Shown here: positions 54,239 through 63,346 of the stretch, in pieces
How the letters are laid out: each line of letters opens with the position of its first letter
How positions within the stretch are numbered: the stretch's first letter is position 1
Made by a program: the position numbers and the translations under genes
Notes under the pieces: model-generated
Databases searched by the model: none
Seen by the model: the letters and a program-made list of their open reading frames with translations, nothing else
Told to the model about the DNA's origin: nothing
NCBI RefSeq assembly: GCF_013004595.1
Contig: NZ_JABEMC010000004.1
Coordinates: 1-64,000 of the forward strand
Direction: 5' to 3'
Origin: Brevibacterium luteolum
GTDB lineage: Bacteria > Actinomycetota > Actinomycetes > Actinomycetales > Brevibacteriaceae
DNA: 64,000 nt

Positions 54239-54922
54239 TCAGAGGAAGGGGTTGGTGCGCAGCTCGTGGGCGATCGTGCTGCCGGGCCCGTGCCCGGGCA
54301 GGATCGGGGTGTCCGGCATCGAGGCGAACATGCGCAGCGAGGTGCGCATCGCCTGATCGTCACCACCGGGCAGGTCGGTGCGCCCGATCGATCCGGCGAA
54401 GAGCACATCGCCGGTGAAGAGCACTTCGGGCACCTCCAGATCCTCGGCCGCGCCCGAGGTGTCGCGCACCCGCCAGAGTGTCGACCCCTCGGTGTGCCCG
54501 GGCGCGTAGGTCGCCTCGATCACCAGCCCGGCAGCCTGCCAGCACGCACCATCGGCGGTCTCGACCACCTCGGGCGCGGTCCAGTCGCCGATCATCCCGC
54601 CGAGCATCTGCCCCAGCTCCGGTGACAGGGTGCCGGCAGGGTCGGCCAGCCGGTAAACATCAGGGGCGGCGAGGTGGGCCTGAAGGCTCGGGAACACCTC
54701 GCGCAGGCGGGGCAGGCCGAGGACATGGTCGGGGTGGCCGTGGGTGAGCAGCACCGCGACCGGGGTCCAGCCGAGTTCGTCGAGCAGCGTCTTCATGCGC
54801 GGGGCGCAGTCGAAGCCGGCGTCGACGAGCAGGCATTCGCGTGCCTGCCCCTCGGGATGCTCAGCGGCGACGGCATAGCAGTTGACGTCGAGGAACTCGG
54901 CGCGGACTCCAGCAATCTCCAT
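54239..54922 (-). CDS. MBL-fold metallo-hydrolase (glyoxalase II-like)
   Basis: LLTHGHPDH, PGHTEGS, FTGDVLFAGSIGRTD, ILPGHG. Confidence 0.93.
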   Translation of the reverse strand: MEIAGVRAEFLDVNCYAVAAEHPEGQARECLLVDAGFDCAPRMKTLLDELGWTPVAVLLTHGHPDHVLGLPRLREVFPSLQAHLAAPDVYRLADPAGTLSPELGQMLGGMIGDWTAPEVVETADGACWQAAGLVIEATYAPGHTEGSTLWRVRDTSGAAEDLEVPEVLFTGDVLFAGSIGRTDLPGGDDQAMRTSLRMFASMPDTPILPGHGPGSTIAHELRTNPFL

Positions 54923-55049
54923 GCCACCAGTGTATCGACCCGTGCGGAGCGCGGCGGGCGCGCGCGGTTTTGTCGTTATGCTGGGAAGGTACATTCCCGC
55001 GTTGAGTGATCCGTCACAGGATTCGACCGACGATACGACAAGGTGCCAT

Positions 55050-56492
55050 ATGACCGACGAGACGCAGCAGTCCACTTCCGCGCCCACGCCTGCCGGCGCT
55101 TCCCAGTCCTCCGACGCCCCGAAGCCGAAGCCGGCGCCGGTGCCCAAGCCCTCGGCGGTCCCCTCGCCGGCGGCCCTGCGTCCCCGGCCCGGTCAGGCCC
55201 CTGCCGCCCCGGCGGCACCGGCCCACGACCGGACCGCGGAGATCGCTGAGGCGAAGACGTTCGGCCGGGTCGGTGAGGACTCGACGGTCTACGTCAAGAC
55301 CTCTGATGGTGAGCGGGAGGTCGGCCAGTACCCGGATGCCGATGAGGCCCAGGCGCTGGAGTACTTCGCGAAGAAGTACCTCGATCTCGCCGATGCCGTC
55401 ACGCTGCTGGAGCAGCGCCTGGCTGCTGGTGCCGCCGGTGCCACTGTCGCCGAGGCGGCCGGCACCCAGCGTGAGGCGCTCGCGGACGCGCAGGTCGTCG
55501 GTGATCTCGATGCGCTGCGCGCCCGGCTCGATGCCGTCTCGGAGAAGGCAGCCGAGGCCACTGCCCAGCAGGCACAGGCGCATGAGGAGTCGAAGGCTGC
55601 CGGCCTGCAGGCGCGCATCAAGGTCGTCGAGGAAGCCGAGGCGATCGCCGATGCGGATCCGGCGCGTGTGCAGTGGAAGCAGTCGAGTGCCCGGATGAAG
55701 GAGCTGTTCGAGCAGTGGAAGCAGGTGCAGGCGACGACGCCGAGGCTGCCGCGCTCGCAGGACCAGCAGCTGTGGGGCCGGTTCTCCAAGGCCCGCAACC
55801 GCTTCGACAAGGCCCGCCGCGAGTTCTTCTCCGCTCTCGATGAGCGCAACGCTGAGGGAAAGCGGATCAAGCAGAAGCTCGTGACCGAGGCTGAGGCGAT
55901 GTCGGATTCGACCGACTGGCGTGAGACCGCCCAGCAGTACCGGCGCCTCATGGACCGGTGGAAGGCCGCACCGCGTGCCGGGCGCAAGGACGACGACGCT
56001 CTGTGGGCGAAGTTCCGGGCCGCCCAGGATCGGTTCTTCGCGGCCCGCAACCGGGCCAATGAGGAGGTCGAGGCTGAGTACGGCGAAAACCTCAAGGTCA
56101 AGGAGAAGCTGCTGGCTGAGGCTGAGGCGCTGCTGCCGATCACCGATCCGGTGACGGCGAAGGAGAAGCTGCGTGTCATCCAGGATCGGTGGGAGGACGC
56201 CGGCAAGGTGCCCCGAGCTGATATCTCCCGGATGGAAGGCGGGCTGCGCGCTGTTGAGCGGGCGCTGGCTGAGGCGGAGGACGCTGAGTGGCGGCGCACG
56301 AATCCGGAGCACCAGGCCCGCACCTCGGGCATGCTCGCCCAGCTCGATGCCTCGATCGCTGAGCTGGAGGCCGAGCTGGAGAAGGCCGAGGCCGCTGGCA
56401 AGGACAGCGACATCGCCAAGGCGCGTGAGGCTCTGGAGGCCCGCCGTGCCTGGCGCGACCAGGTCGCCCGCACGGCTGAAGAGATGCAGTGA
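55050..56492 (+). CDS. DUF349-repeat coiled-coil protein
   Basis: FGRV...TVYV..DGEREVGQYP, then three helical repeats of the K..L..EAE...W..(A/G)..PR..D..LW.RF type; Pro/Ala-rich N-terminus. Confidence 0.88.
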   Translation: MTDETQQSTSAPTPAGASQSSDAPKPKPAPVPKPSAVPSPAALRPRPGQAPAAPAAPAHDRTAEIAEAKTFGRVGEDSTVYVKTSDGEREVGQYPDADEAQALEYFAKKYLDLADAVTLLEQRLAAGAAGATVAEAAGTQREALADAQVVGDLDALRARLDAVSEKAAEATAQQAQAHEESKAAGLQARIKVVEEAEAIADADPARVQWKQSSARMKELFEQWKQVQATTPRLPRSQDQQLWGRFSKARNRFDKARREFFSALDERNAEGKRIKQKLVTEAEAMSDSTDWRETAQQYRRLMDRWKAAPRAGRKDDDALWAKFRAAQDRFFAARNRANEEVEAEYGENLKVKEKLLAEAEALLPITDPVTAKEKLRVIQDRWEDAGKVPRADISRMEGGLRAVERALAEAEDAEWRRTNPEHQARTSGMLAQLDASIAELEAELEKAEAAGKDSDIAKAREALEARRAWRDQVARTAEEMQ

Positions 56493-56517
56493 CGCCTGCG
56501 TCTGATTGAGACTGCCG

Positions 56518-56551
56518 ACTGCGGCTCGCCTGTCCTCAGGCGGGCCGCAGT
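56518..56551 (+). terminator. Hairpin after the DUF349 gene
   Basis: ACTGCGGCTCGCCTG-tcct-CAGGCGGGCCGCAGT, a 15-bp stem with one G-U pair. Confidence 0.7.
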
Positions 56552-56614
56552 GCTCTGTCCACAGATTCGGGCCAGCGCCTGGTCTGCCGGCATGAGCTGG
56601 GCCAGAGTGGGGGC

Positions 56615-57193
56615 ATGGATGATCTGCTGCGTTTGGGTGAGCCGCTGAGCTACACCGAGCTCATGGAGCTGACCTTCGATGGGCTGGCCTTCCGGCTCTC
56701 AGCAACCTGCTGGGCGCCGGTGGGCATGCCGGTCGATGCGCGGCTGCGGGCCAGCAGCGTCGAGGCCGCTCCACTGCCGGGACTGGTGCTCAGCCACCGG
56801 TCGGCGCACTGGGTGTGGTGGGGTTCGGGTCTGGCGCCGGTGGTTGCGGAATACACCACACGGGTGCGGCGCCGCATCCGGGCTGCCCGCCTGCCGGTCG
56901 TCGTCCACGAACGCGATGTGTGCCCCGCCGAAGAAGCTGAGCTGGCCGGGCTGGCCCTGACGACACCGGAGCGGACGCTGTACGACCTGCTCTATGAGCT
57001 CCTCGATGCTGACACGGACGAGGAGACGGTGCGCGCCGGCGCGCAGGCCGTACTCGAGTCAGTCGGCTTCGATGAGCAGATCGCGCTCACCCGGTTCGTC
57101 GCTGAGCAGTACCGGCGCCCGCATCTCGTGCGGATGCGCGGCCTGCTCGGTGACATCATCCCCCATGCGCGCACGCTCCTGCCGATCCGCTGA
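56615..57193 (+). CDS. AbiEi (type IV antitoxin)-like protein
   Basis: VLSHRSAHWVW and GLALTTPERTLYDL resemble AbiEi C-terminal domain motifs. Confidence 0.65.
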   Translation: MDDLLRLGEPLSYTELMELTFDGLAFRLSATCWAPVGMPVDARLRASSVEAAPLPGLVLSHRSAHWVWWGSGLAPVVAEYTTRVRRRIRAARLPVVVHERDVCPAEEAELAGLALTTPERTLYDLLYELLDADTDEETVRAGAQAVLESVGFDEQIALTRFVAEQYRRPHLVRMRGLLGDIIPHARTLLPIR

Positions 57194-57203
57194 GACCGGT
57201 GGT

Positions 57204-59522
57204 TCAGCCGCCGGTGATGCGGTAGACGTCGAAGACGCCTTCAACCTGTTTGACGGCCGAGAGCACAGTGTCGAGGTGGGTGGAGTCGCCGATCTCGAAG
57301 ACGAACCGCGACTGCGCCACCCGGGCCCGTGAGGTCGCCACCGAGGCAGACAGGATGTTGACGTGGTTGTCGGTGAGGACCTTGGTGATGTCAGAGAGCA
57401 GTCCGGCGCGGTCGAGTGCCTCGACCTGGATCTGGACGAGGTAGATGCCCTGCGAGTGGTGTGCCCATTCGACTTCGACGATGCGCTCGGGTTCGCGTTT
57501 GAGACTCGAGACGTTCTTGCAGTCGGTCCGGTGCACGGACACCCCGGCGCCGCGGGTGACGAATCCCATGATGGTGTCGCCGGGCACGGGTGTGCAGCAG
57601 CGGGCGAGCTTGACGAGGATGTCATCAGAGCCCTTGACGCGCACACCCTCGGTTGAGGAATGGTGGCCGCGGGACTTGCCGCGCCGATTCGACGGCCGCA
57701 GGATCTCGGTCGTCGGCTGGTCATCTTCCTGCTCGTCTGCCGAGACCTCCTTGGCCAGCAGATCGACGACGTGGGCGGCTGACATGTTGCCGTTGCCGAT
57801 CGCAGCATAGAGCGCGGTGACATCCGGCAGCCGCTGTTCACTCGCAACGACGAGCAGAGCTTCCTGGCTCATGAGCGCATCAGCTGACAGATGGTGGCGG
57901 CGCATCGCCCGGGCCAGCTGGTCGCGGCCGGTCTCGATGGCCTCTTCGCGGCGCTCCTTGGAGAACCACTGGCGGATCTTGTTGCGCGCCCTAGGACTGG
58001 TGACGAAGGCCAGCCAGTCGCGGGACGGCCCGGCGTTCTCGTCCTTGGAGGTGAAGACCTCGACGACGTCGCCGTTGTGCAGCTTCGAGTCCAGGGAGAC
58101 GAGCCGTCCGTTGACGCGTGCGCCCATCGTCTTGTGTCCGACCTCGGTGTGGACGGCATAGGCGAAGTCGACCGGGGTCGCGTCTGCCGGCAGGGAGATG
58201 ATGTCGCCCTTGGGCGTGAAGATGTAGACCTCTTTGGAGTTGACCTCGAAGCGCAGGTTGTCGAGGAACTCGTCCGGGTCGGAGGTCTCCCGTTGCCAGT
58301 CGAGCAGCTGACGCAGCCATGCGACCTGGTCGACCTCACCGGAGTCGCCGACCTTGGCCATCCGTCCGCCGGCGGCGTTGATCGCCTGGGGGTTGACCTT
58401 GCGGCGGTCCTTGTACTTCCAGTGCGCGGCGATGCCGAACTCGGCTCGCCGGTGCATCTCATGCGTCCGGATCTGGATCTCGACCGGTTTGCCGTAGGGC
58501 CCGATGACGGTGGTGTGCAGGCTCTGGTACATGTTGTACTTCGGCATGGCGATGTAGTCCTTGAACCGGCCGGCGATCGGCGACCACTTTGCGTGGACGA
58601 GGCCGAGCACGCCGTAGCATTCGCGCACCGTCTCCACCAGCACACGCACGCCGACGAGGTCGTAGATGTCGGCGAATTCGTGGCCGCGGACGACCATCTT
58701 CTGGTAGATCGAGTAGTAGTGCTTCGGGCGGCCGGAAATCTCGGCGATGATGTTGGCCTCGCCGGCTTCCTCCTTGATCTCCTTCGACACGATCGCCAGA
58801 TACTTCTCGCGCTCCGGGGCGCGTTCGGCCACGAGCCGGACGATCTCGGAATACACCTTCGGGTAGAGCACCTGGAATGACAGGTCCTCGAGCTCCCATT
58901 TGATGGTGTTCATGCCCAGCCGGTGTGCCAGCGGAGCGAAGATCTCCAGGGTCTCCTTGGCCTTCTTCTGGCTCGAGGCGGCCGGCACGTACTTCCACGT
59001 GCGGGCGTTGTGCAGCCGGTCGGCGAGCTTGATGACGAGCACCCGGATGTCCTTGGACATCGCCAGGATCATCTTGCGCACGGTCTCGGACTGCGTGGCT
59101 GCGCCGTATTCGATCTTGTCGAGCTTGGTGACGCCGTCGACCATGAGGGCGATCTCGTCGCCGAAGTCCTCGCGCAGCTGGTCGAGGCTGTACTCGGTGT
59201 CCTCGACGGTGTCGTGCAGCAGCGCTGCGGCCAGCGTCGAGGAGTTCATGCCGATCTCGGCGAGGATGGTGGCGACCGCGACCGGGTGGGTGATGTAGGG
59301 GTCGCCGCTCTTGCGCATCTGGCCGCGATGCCATTTCTCGGCGGTGCGGTAGGCCCGGACGATGAGCTCGACATCGTCCTTGGGATGGCTGTGGGCGACT
59401 GCCTGCAGCAGCGGGCCGAGGGCCTTCGGGTGCTGCGGGGCATGCTGGGAGCGGGCCGTCCAGAAGGCCAGGCGGGAGATGCCGCGCGGCCTGCGCGTGG
59501 ACTCACCGGTGGTGTCGGCCAC
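57204..59522 (-). CDS. relA: Bifunctional (p)ppGpp synthetase/hydrolase Rel
   Basis: HD motif ALLHDTVED, KLADRLHN, GRPKHYYSIYQKM, YQSLHTTV, TGS domain (TPVDFAYAVHT), ARCCTPVPGD, C-terminal ACT domain. Confidence 0.98.
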   Translation of the reverse strand: MADTTGESTRRPRGISRLAFWTARSQHAPQHPKALGPLLQAVAHSHPKDDVELIVRAYRTAEKWHRGQMRKSGDPYITHPVAVATILAEIGMNSSTLAAALLHDTVEDTEYSLDQLREDFGDEIALMVDGVTKLDKIEYGAATQSETVRKMILAMSKDIRVLVIKLADRLHNARTWKYVPAASSQKKAKETLEIFAPLAHRLGMNTIKWELEDLSFQVLYPKVYSEIVRLVAERAPEREKYLAIVSKEIKEEAGEANIIAEISGRPKHYYSIYQKMVVRGHEFADIYDLVGVRVLVETVRECYGVLGLVHAKWSPIAGRFKDYIAMPKYNMYQSLHTTVIGPYGKPVEIQIRTHEMHRRAEFGIAAHWKYKDRRKVNPQAINAAGGRMAKVGDSGEVDQVAWLRQLLDWQRETSDPDEFLDNLRFEVNSKEVYIFTPKGDIISLPADATPVDFAYAVHTEVGHKTMGARVNGRLVSLDSKLHNGDVVEVFTSKDENAGPSRDWLAFVTSPRARNKIRQWFSKERREEAIETGRDQLARAMRRHHLSADALMSQEALLVVASEQRLPDVTALYAAIGNGNMSAAHVVDLLAKEVSADEQEDDQPTTEILRPSNRRGKSRGHHSSTEGVRVKGSDDILVKLARCCTPVPGDTIMGFVTRGAGVSVHRTDCKNVSSLKREPERIVEVEWAHHSQGIYLVQIQVEALDRAGLLSDITKVLTDNHVNILSASVATSRARVAQSRFVFEIGDSTHLDTVLSAVKQVEGVFDVYRITGG

Positions 59523-59644
59523 GTGTCGCTCCCTTCGTCACATAATCAACAGACCATGACAGGAGAGCATTCCTGCCATGGTCTGTCCATCTTACGCGCT
59601 TCTGTGGGCTGCGCGGGCGAGGCGAGCGTGTTCGCTGATGCGGA

Positions 59645-60673
59645 TCAGGCGCGCACGTCCTCGAACAGCACGGGTGGGCGGTCGGGCAGTCCGCGCTTGC
59701 GGCGGTGCTCGTCGACCATCGCCTCCTGCTCCTTGACGGCCGGTTCGTTCTGCCGCAGCAGGTTGTACAGCGGCGAGGCGACGAACAGGGTCGAGGCGGC
59801 AGCGACGATCGTGCCGATGAACAGCGAGAGCGCGATGTCGGTCAGGGTGCCGGCGCCGAGCAGGAACACGCCGATGAAGAGGATCGCTGCGATCGGCAGC
59901 ACCGAGATCATCGAGGTGTTGATCGAGCGCACGGTCGTCTGGTTGACGCCGAGATTGACGAGCTCGGAGAACTTCATGCGGTTGTTCTCCTTGAAGTCCT
60001 CGGTGTTCTCGCGGATCTTGTCGAAGACCACCACTGTGTCGTACAGCGAGAAGCTGAGCACGGTGAGGAAGCCGATGATCGCCTCCGGGGTGACTTCGAA
60101 GCCGAGGGCGGAGTAGATGCCCATCGTGACGACCATGACGAAGACGAGACCGAGGATCGCTGCCAGTGACATCTTCCAGGTGCGGAAGTAGATCGCCATC
60201 ACGAGCATCGCGATCGCGACGAAGATGACGAGTGCGCGCGTCATCTTCTCAGTCACGTCCTGACCCCACTTCGGGCCGACGAAGTTCGAAGTGACGTCGG
60301 CGTTCTCGACGTTGTACGACGTCACGAGCGCGTCACGGACCTGCTGCATCTGATCGTCGGTCAGCTGGTCGGTGTCGATCTTGATGGACGTGTCCGAGGT
60401 CGGCACGACCGTGGTCGAGACGTTGTTGCCGACGACCTCCGCAACTGCGTCGTGAGCGTGCTGCTCGGAGGTGTCCGAGGTGTTGGCGATCTGGAACTGG
60501 GAACCGCCCTTGAAGGCGATGCCGAGGTTGAATCCGCCCAGCAGCGGCACGATGAGCGAGGCGATCATGAGGGCGATCGCGATGCCCAGCCACAGCTTCG
60601 AACGCTTGATGAACGGGATCGAGGTGCGGCCCGAGTGCAGGTCATTGCCCCAGGCGAAGAACGAGCGCATCAT
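59645..60673 (-). CDS. secF: Protein translocase subunit SecF
   Basis: NLGIAFKGG, VGPKWG, SLYDTVVVFDKIREN, QTTVRSINTS. Confidence 0.95.
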   Translation of the reverse strand: MMRSFFAWGNDLHSGRTSIPFIKRSKLWLGIAIALMIASLIVPLLGGFNLGIAFKGGSQFQIANTSDTSEQHAHDAVAEVVGNNVSTTVVPTSDTSIKIDTDQLTDDQMQQVRDALVTSYNVENADVTSNFVGPKWGQDVTEKMTRALVIFVAIAMLVMAIYFRTWKMSLAAILGLVFVMVVTMGIYSALGFEVTPEAIIGFLTVLSFSLYDTVVVFDKIRENTEDFKENNRMKFSELVNLGVNQTTVRSINTSMISVLPIAAILFIGVFLLGAGTLTDIALSLFIGTIVAAASTLFVASPLYNLLRQNEPAVKEQEAMVDEHRRKRGLPDRPPVLFEDVRA

Positions 60674-62757
60674 CGGGCATCACCGTCCTTTCGTCCTGCT
60701 CCGGCAGTGACGTCGTCGCTGTCGGTGCGTGCCTCATCGGCGTCAGCACCGGCTTCGCGTTCGCGGGCTTCCTTCTCGCGCAGCGCCTTGCGCTCGGCGA
60801 TCGAGAGCTCTGAACGGTCGGCGGTGAGTGTGCCGGTGGACTTCCGGCTGGCGCGCGTCGATGAGCCGGAGCGCTTCTCGATGGATGCCTGACGGCGCTT
60901 GGCCTCCTTGTAGGAGCCGCGCTTCTTCGACTTCTCCTTCGCCTTCTCCAGATCCAGGCCCATCGCACCGCGGTAGGCGGCCATCTTGACGCCGAGCTGG
61001 CGCGGATCCATGCCCGACCACGGGTGGCCGTGTCCGAAGAAGTGGGTGCGGGCCAGCACCTGCATCATCGGATGCGTGAACAGGACGACGAGGATGACGT
61101 CGACGATGACCGTGAGGCCGAGCGTGAATGCGAAGCCGCGCACGCTGCCGACGGCCAGGATGTAGAGGATGACGGCGGCGAGCATGTTGACGGCCTTCGA
61201 GGCGAAGATCGTGCGCTTGGCGCGATCCCAGCCGATCTCGACGGCGCTTGTGAGCTTGCGCCCAGAGCGCAGCTCGTCTCGGATGCGCTCGAAGTAGACG
61301 ATGAACGAGTCCGCTGTCATGCCGATGCCGACGATGAGACCGGCGACACCGGCCAGTGACAGCCGGTAGCCGTAGCGCCAGGTGACGAACAGCAAGAGCA
61401 GATACGTCAGCACACCGGCGACAGCGAGACTGGAGACCGTCACCAGTCCGAGCACGCGGTACTGGATGAGCGAGTAGACCACGACGAGCAGCAGACCGAT
61501 ACCGCCGGCCAGCAGGCCCTTGGCGAGGTAGTCGGCACCCAGGGTGGGTGAGATCTGCTGTTCGCTCTGGACCTGGAAGCTGATCGGCAGGGAGCCGTTC
61601 TTCAGCTGGCTGGCCAGGGTCTCGGCTTCCTCGACGGTGAACTGACCGGTGATGATCATCCGGCCGTCGGTGATGTGTGCCTGGGAACGCGGTGCTGAGA
61701 GCACCTGGCCGTCGAGCACCATCGCGAACTGGCTGTAGGGCTCCTGCAGGCCGGTGAGCTTGCCGGAGATCTGGCTGAAGGCCTCAGCGCCGTAGTTGTC
61801 GAGCGTCATGGATACTGCCGGGCGGTTCGTCTGGGCGCCCTGTGCGGTCGTCTCGAAGGTGAACTCGGCGTCGGTGATGTGGGAGCCGTCGAACTCGACG
61901 GGTCCGAGCACGTACTTCGCCGCACCGCTCTGGTCGCAGGCGACAACCGGCTGGTCGTCAGGGGCTGCTTCGCCGCCGATGCGATTCTCTTCCTTGGTGC
62001 AGTCGAGTTCCTGGAAGGTCTGCAGGATCTCCGGGGTCAGCCACGATTGGTCGGTCTGCGGATCGAAGCGCGGGAACTCGCCTTCCTTGACGGTGCCCTG
62101 ACCGGACTCGGCATCCTCAGCGTCGCCGGGGTTGCCGGCCGGGCCGGGCACGGTGCCGGCATCGCTGGGCTGCTGGGCCGTGACGTCGGCACCTTCAGTG
62201 CCGGTCACTGAACCGGCGCCGCCCTGTGCTGGCTCTTCTTCCGCGGGGGCCTCTTCATTGCCCTGGTCCTTGAGCAGCTCCTCGAGCTGCTTCTTCTCCT
62301 CATCGGTGGCGTCGTTGCCCTCCTCGCCCTGCTCTTCGGCAGGCTGCTCGCCGGTGTCCGGCTCGGGAGGTGCGACGACGGCAACACGGCGGAACACCAT
62401 CTGTGCCGAGGAGCGGACGAGCTCACGGGTCTGCTCGTCCGGGTTGCCCGGCAGGTTGACGATGATGTTGCGGTCGCCCTGCGTGGTGATCTCAGCTTCG
62501 GACACACCAGTGGAGTCGACGCGCTGGCGGATGATCGCCACCGCCTGCTCGAGCTGCTCCTGGGTGATGCGCTGATCCTCCAGCTGCGGCTCGAGGATGA
62601 TGGAGGTGCCGCCTTCGAGGTCGAGGGCGAGCTTCGGGGTCCAGGAGGCGTTCGACCAGATGGCCCCGCCGCCGATGAGGGCGACGAGGGCCAGCGTGAA
62701 GATCGTCAGCCACGCAAAGCGCAGTCCCGGACGGGGCTTGTCTGCGGAAGTTGACAC
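60670..62757 (-). CDS. secD: Protein translocase subunit SecD
   Basis: LALDLEGG, RVDSTGVSE, GSLP, ISPTLG, ADSFIVYFERIRDE, VRGFAFTLG. Confidence 0.96.
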   Translation of the reverse strand: MSTSADKPRPGLRFAWLTIFTLALVALIGGGAIWSNASWTPKLALDLEGGTSIILEPQLEDQRITQEQLEQAVAIIRQRVDSTGVSEAEITTQGDRNIIVNLPGNPDEQTRELVRSSAQMVFRRVAVVAPPEPDTGEQPAEEQGEEGNDATDEEKKQLEELLKDQGNEEAPAEEEPAQGGAGSVTGTEGADVTAQQPSDAGTVPGPAGNPGDAEDAESGQGTVKEGEFPRFDPQTDQSWLTPEILQTFQELDCTKEENRIGGEAAPDDQPVVACDQSGAAKYVLGPVEFDGSHITDAEFTFETTAQGAQTNRPAVSMTLDNYGAEAFSQISGKLTGLQEPYSQFAMVLDGQVLSAPRSQAHITDGRMIITGQFTVEEAETLASQLKNGSLPISFQVQSEQQISPTLGADYLAKGLLAGGIGLLLVVVYSLIQYRVLGLVTVSSLAVAGVLTYLLLLFVTWRYGYRLSLAGVAGLIVGIGMTADSFIVYFERIRDELRSGRKLTSAVEIGWDRAKRTIFASKAVNMLAAVILYILAVGSVRGFAFTLGLTVIVDVILVVLFTHPMMQVLARTHFFGHGHPWSGMDPRQLGVKMAAYRGAMGLDLEKAKEKSKKRGSYKEAKRRQASIEKRSGSSTRASRKSTGTLTADRSELSIAERKALREKEAREREAGADADEARTDSDDVTAGAGRKDGDAR

Positions 62758-62781
62758 AGGGGATCTTTCGTTGGGATGTGA

Positions 62782-63273
62782 TCAGGCCTTGAAGTCGTCA
62801 CCGCGGTCATCGCGGCGCGGGTCATCGAGGTCGTTGTCGGACGTGTAGTCGCCGCCGCCGTGGTTGCCGCCGCGGTAGTTGTCGAGGCGATCCGAGTCGT
62901 CGAAGCGGTCGTCCGCCAGGCGGTCATCGGAGGCCAGCGTGTCATCGGCAGGCAGGTCGCGGTCGGCATCAGCGGCAGCGGTGTCATCGGACAGCCCGTC
63001 GGTGGCGACACCGGCGGCCGGCTCGATGTGGCCGATGGCCTGCTGGTGGATGCGCAGCACAGTGCCGGGACCGCTCTCGATCGTGACGATGTGGTCCTCC
63101 GGCGAGACGGTGAGCACGGTTCCGTACACACCGAACGTCGTCATCACCTCGGCACCGGGCACCAGATTGGACTTGATGCTCTCCTGGCGGGCCTTCTGCT
63201 TCTTGCGGCTGCTGAACAGGAAGAACAGCATGAGGGCGCCGAGGCCAAGGAAGATGAGTGTTGTGGGATCCAC
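62782..63273 (-). CDS. yajC: Preprotein translocase subunit YajC with acidic tail
   Basis: N-terminal TM helix, RKKQK, LVPGAEVMTTFGVYGTV; between ruvB and secD. Confidence 0.9.
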   Translation of the reverse strand: MDPTTLIFLGLGALMLFFLFSSRKKQKARQESIKSNLVPGAEVMTTFGVYGTVLTVSPEDHIVTIESGPGTVLRIHQQAIGHIEPAAGVATDGLSDDTAAADADRDLPADDTLASDDRLADDRFDDSDRLDNYRGGNHGGGDYTSDNDLDDPRRDDRGDDFKA

Positions 63274-63346
63274 GAGTGAGATCAGCCTTTCGATATGACG
63301 GGGCTATAGCCAAGAAGTCAGTCTAGTGGCGACGCGGCGGCAATCA

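Noticed and set aside
56555..56563. CTGTCCACA as a DnaA box
   Set aside because: A single copy with one mismatch to TTGTCCACA, with no cluster or AT-rich unwinding region.
55014..56593. Two ~430-aa minus-strand ORFs opposite DUF349
   Set aside because: Antisense to a repetitive Ala/Glu-rich gene, with Ser/Arg/Leu-rich composition and no recognisable domain.
62782..63000. Repeated GTCATCG/GTCGTCG units as a DNA repeat array or CRISPR
   Set aside because: They are Asp-Asp codons in the YajC tail; there is no constant repeat-spacer structure and no cas gene.
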